From Eledone cirrhosa (lineage: Eukaryota): 64,000 nt of DNA. The notes below the pieces were generated by a model. That model worked only from the letters and a program-made list of their open reading frames with translations. It did no database searches and had not been told where the DNA came from. This document shows, one piece after another, positions 63,845-64,000 of the stretch (positions within the stretch are counted from its first letter, which is position 1; each line of letters begins with the position of its first letter). The stretch lies in the NCBI GenBank assembly GCA_964016885.1, contig OZ024742.1:178374001-178438000 (forward strand), in the 5' to 3' direction. Both the position numbers and the translations under genes were made by a program.

Positions 63845-64000
63845 GCTACTACTACTACTACTATTACTACTGCTACTGATATTACAACAACCACTACTAT
63901 TGCTGCTGCTGCAACTACTAATACAATTACTACTACTATTACTAGTACTACTACTGCTGTTGCTTGTGCTGCTGTTACTACTACTACTACTTCTGCTACT
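63185..64000. repeat. Compound tandem repeat: ctgatatacaacaaccactaccattgctgctg plus variable (CTA)n
   Basis: About 8 recurrences of the fixed motif with trinucleotide spacers of variable length. Confidence 0.92.

Overview
This is AT-rich, repeat-saturated eukaryotic (animal) DNA. The SINE types and microsatellite load resemble octopus/cephalopod genomes, which is an inference. I found no confident host protein-coding gene. Retroelement content: 5'-truncated or decayed non-LTR retrotransposons of four clades (RTE, CR1, R4/Dong-type with a restriction-like endonuclease, L1/Tx1), a Penelope-like GIY-YIG fragment and at least three tRNA-derived SINE families. DNA-transposon content: two Tc1/mariner MITEs and a Helitron remnant. 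Tandem repeats: a 65-bp minisatellite, a SINE-derived 48-bp minisatellite and a 20.8-kb 66-bp satellite whose giant ORFs are probably a by-product of the repeat. The most interesting hidden signal is a dense set of type I hammerhead ribozyme (HHR) motifs, about 5 well formed and about 7 degenerate or partial, from several unrelated sequence families. They sit mostly in short elements inserted into (TA)n microsatellites. Many of these elements are asymmetric fold-backs whose inversion point often falls in or next to the ribozyme, and in one of them the loop is an inverted copy of sequence 0.6 kb away. All coordinates were read by eye and may be off by a few bases.
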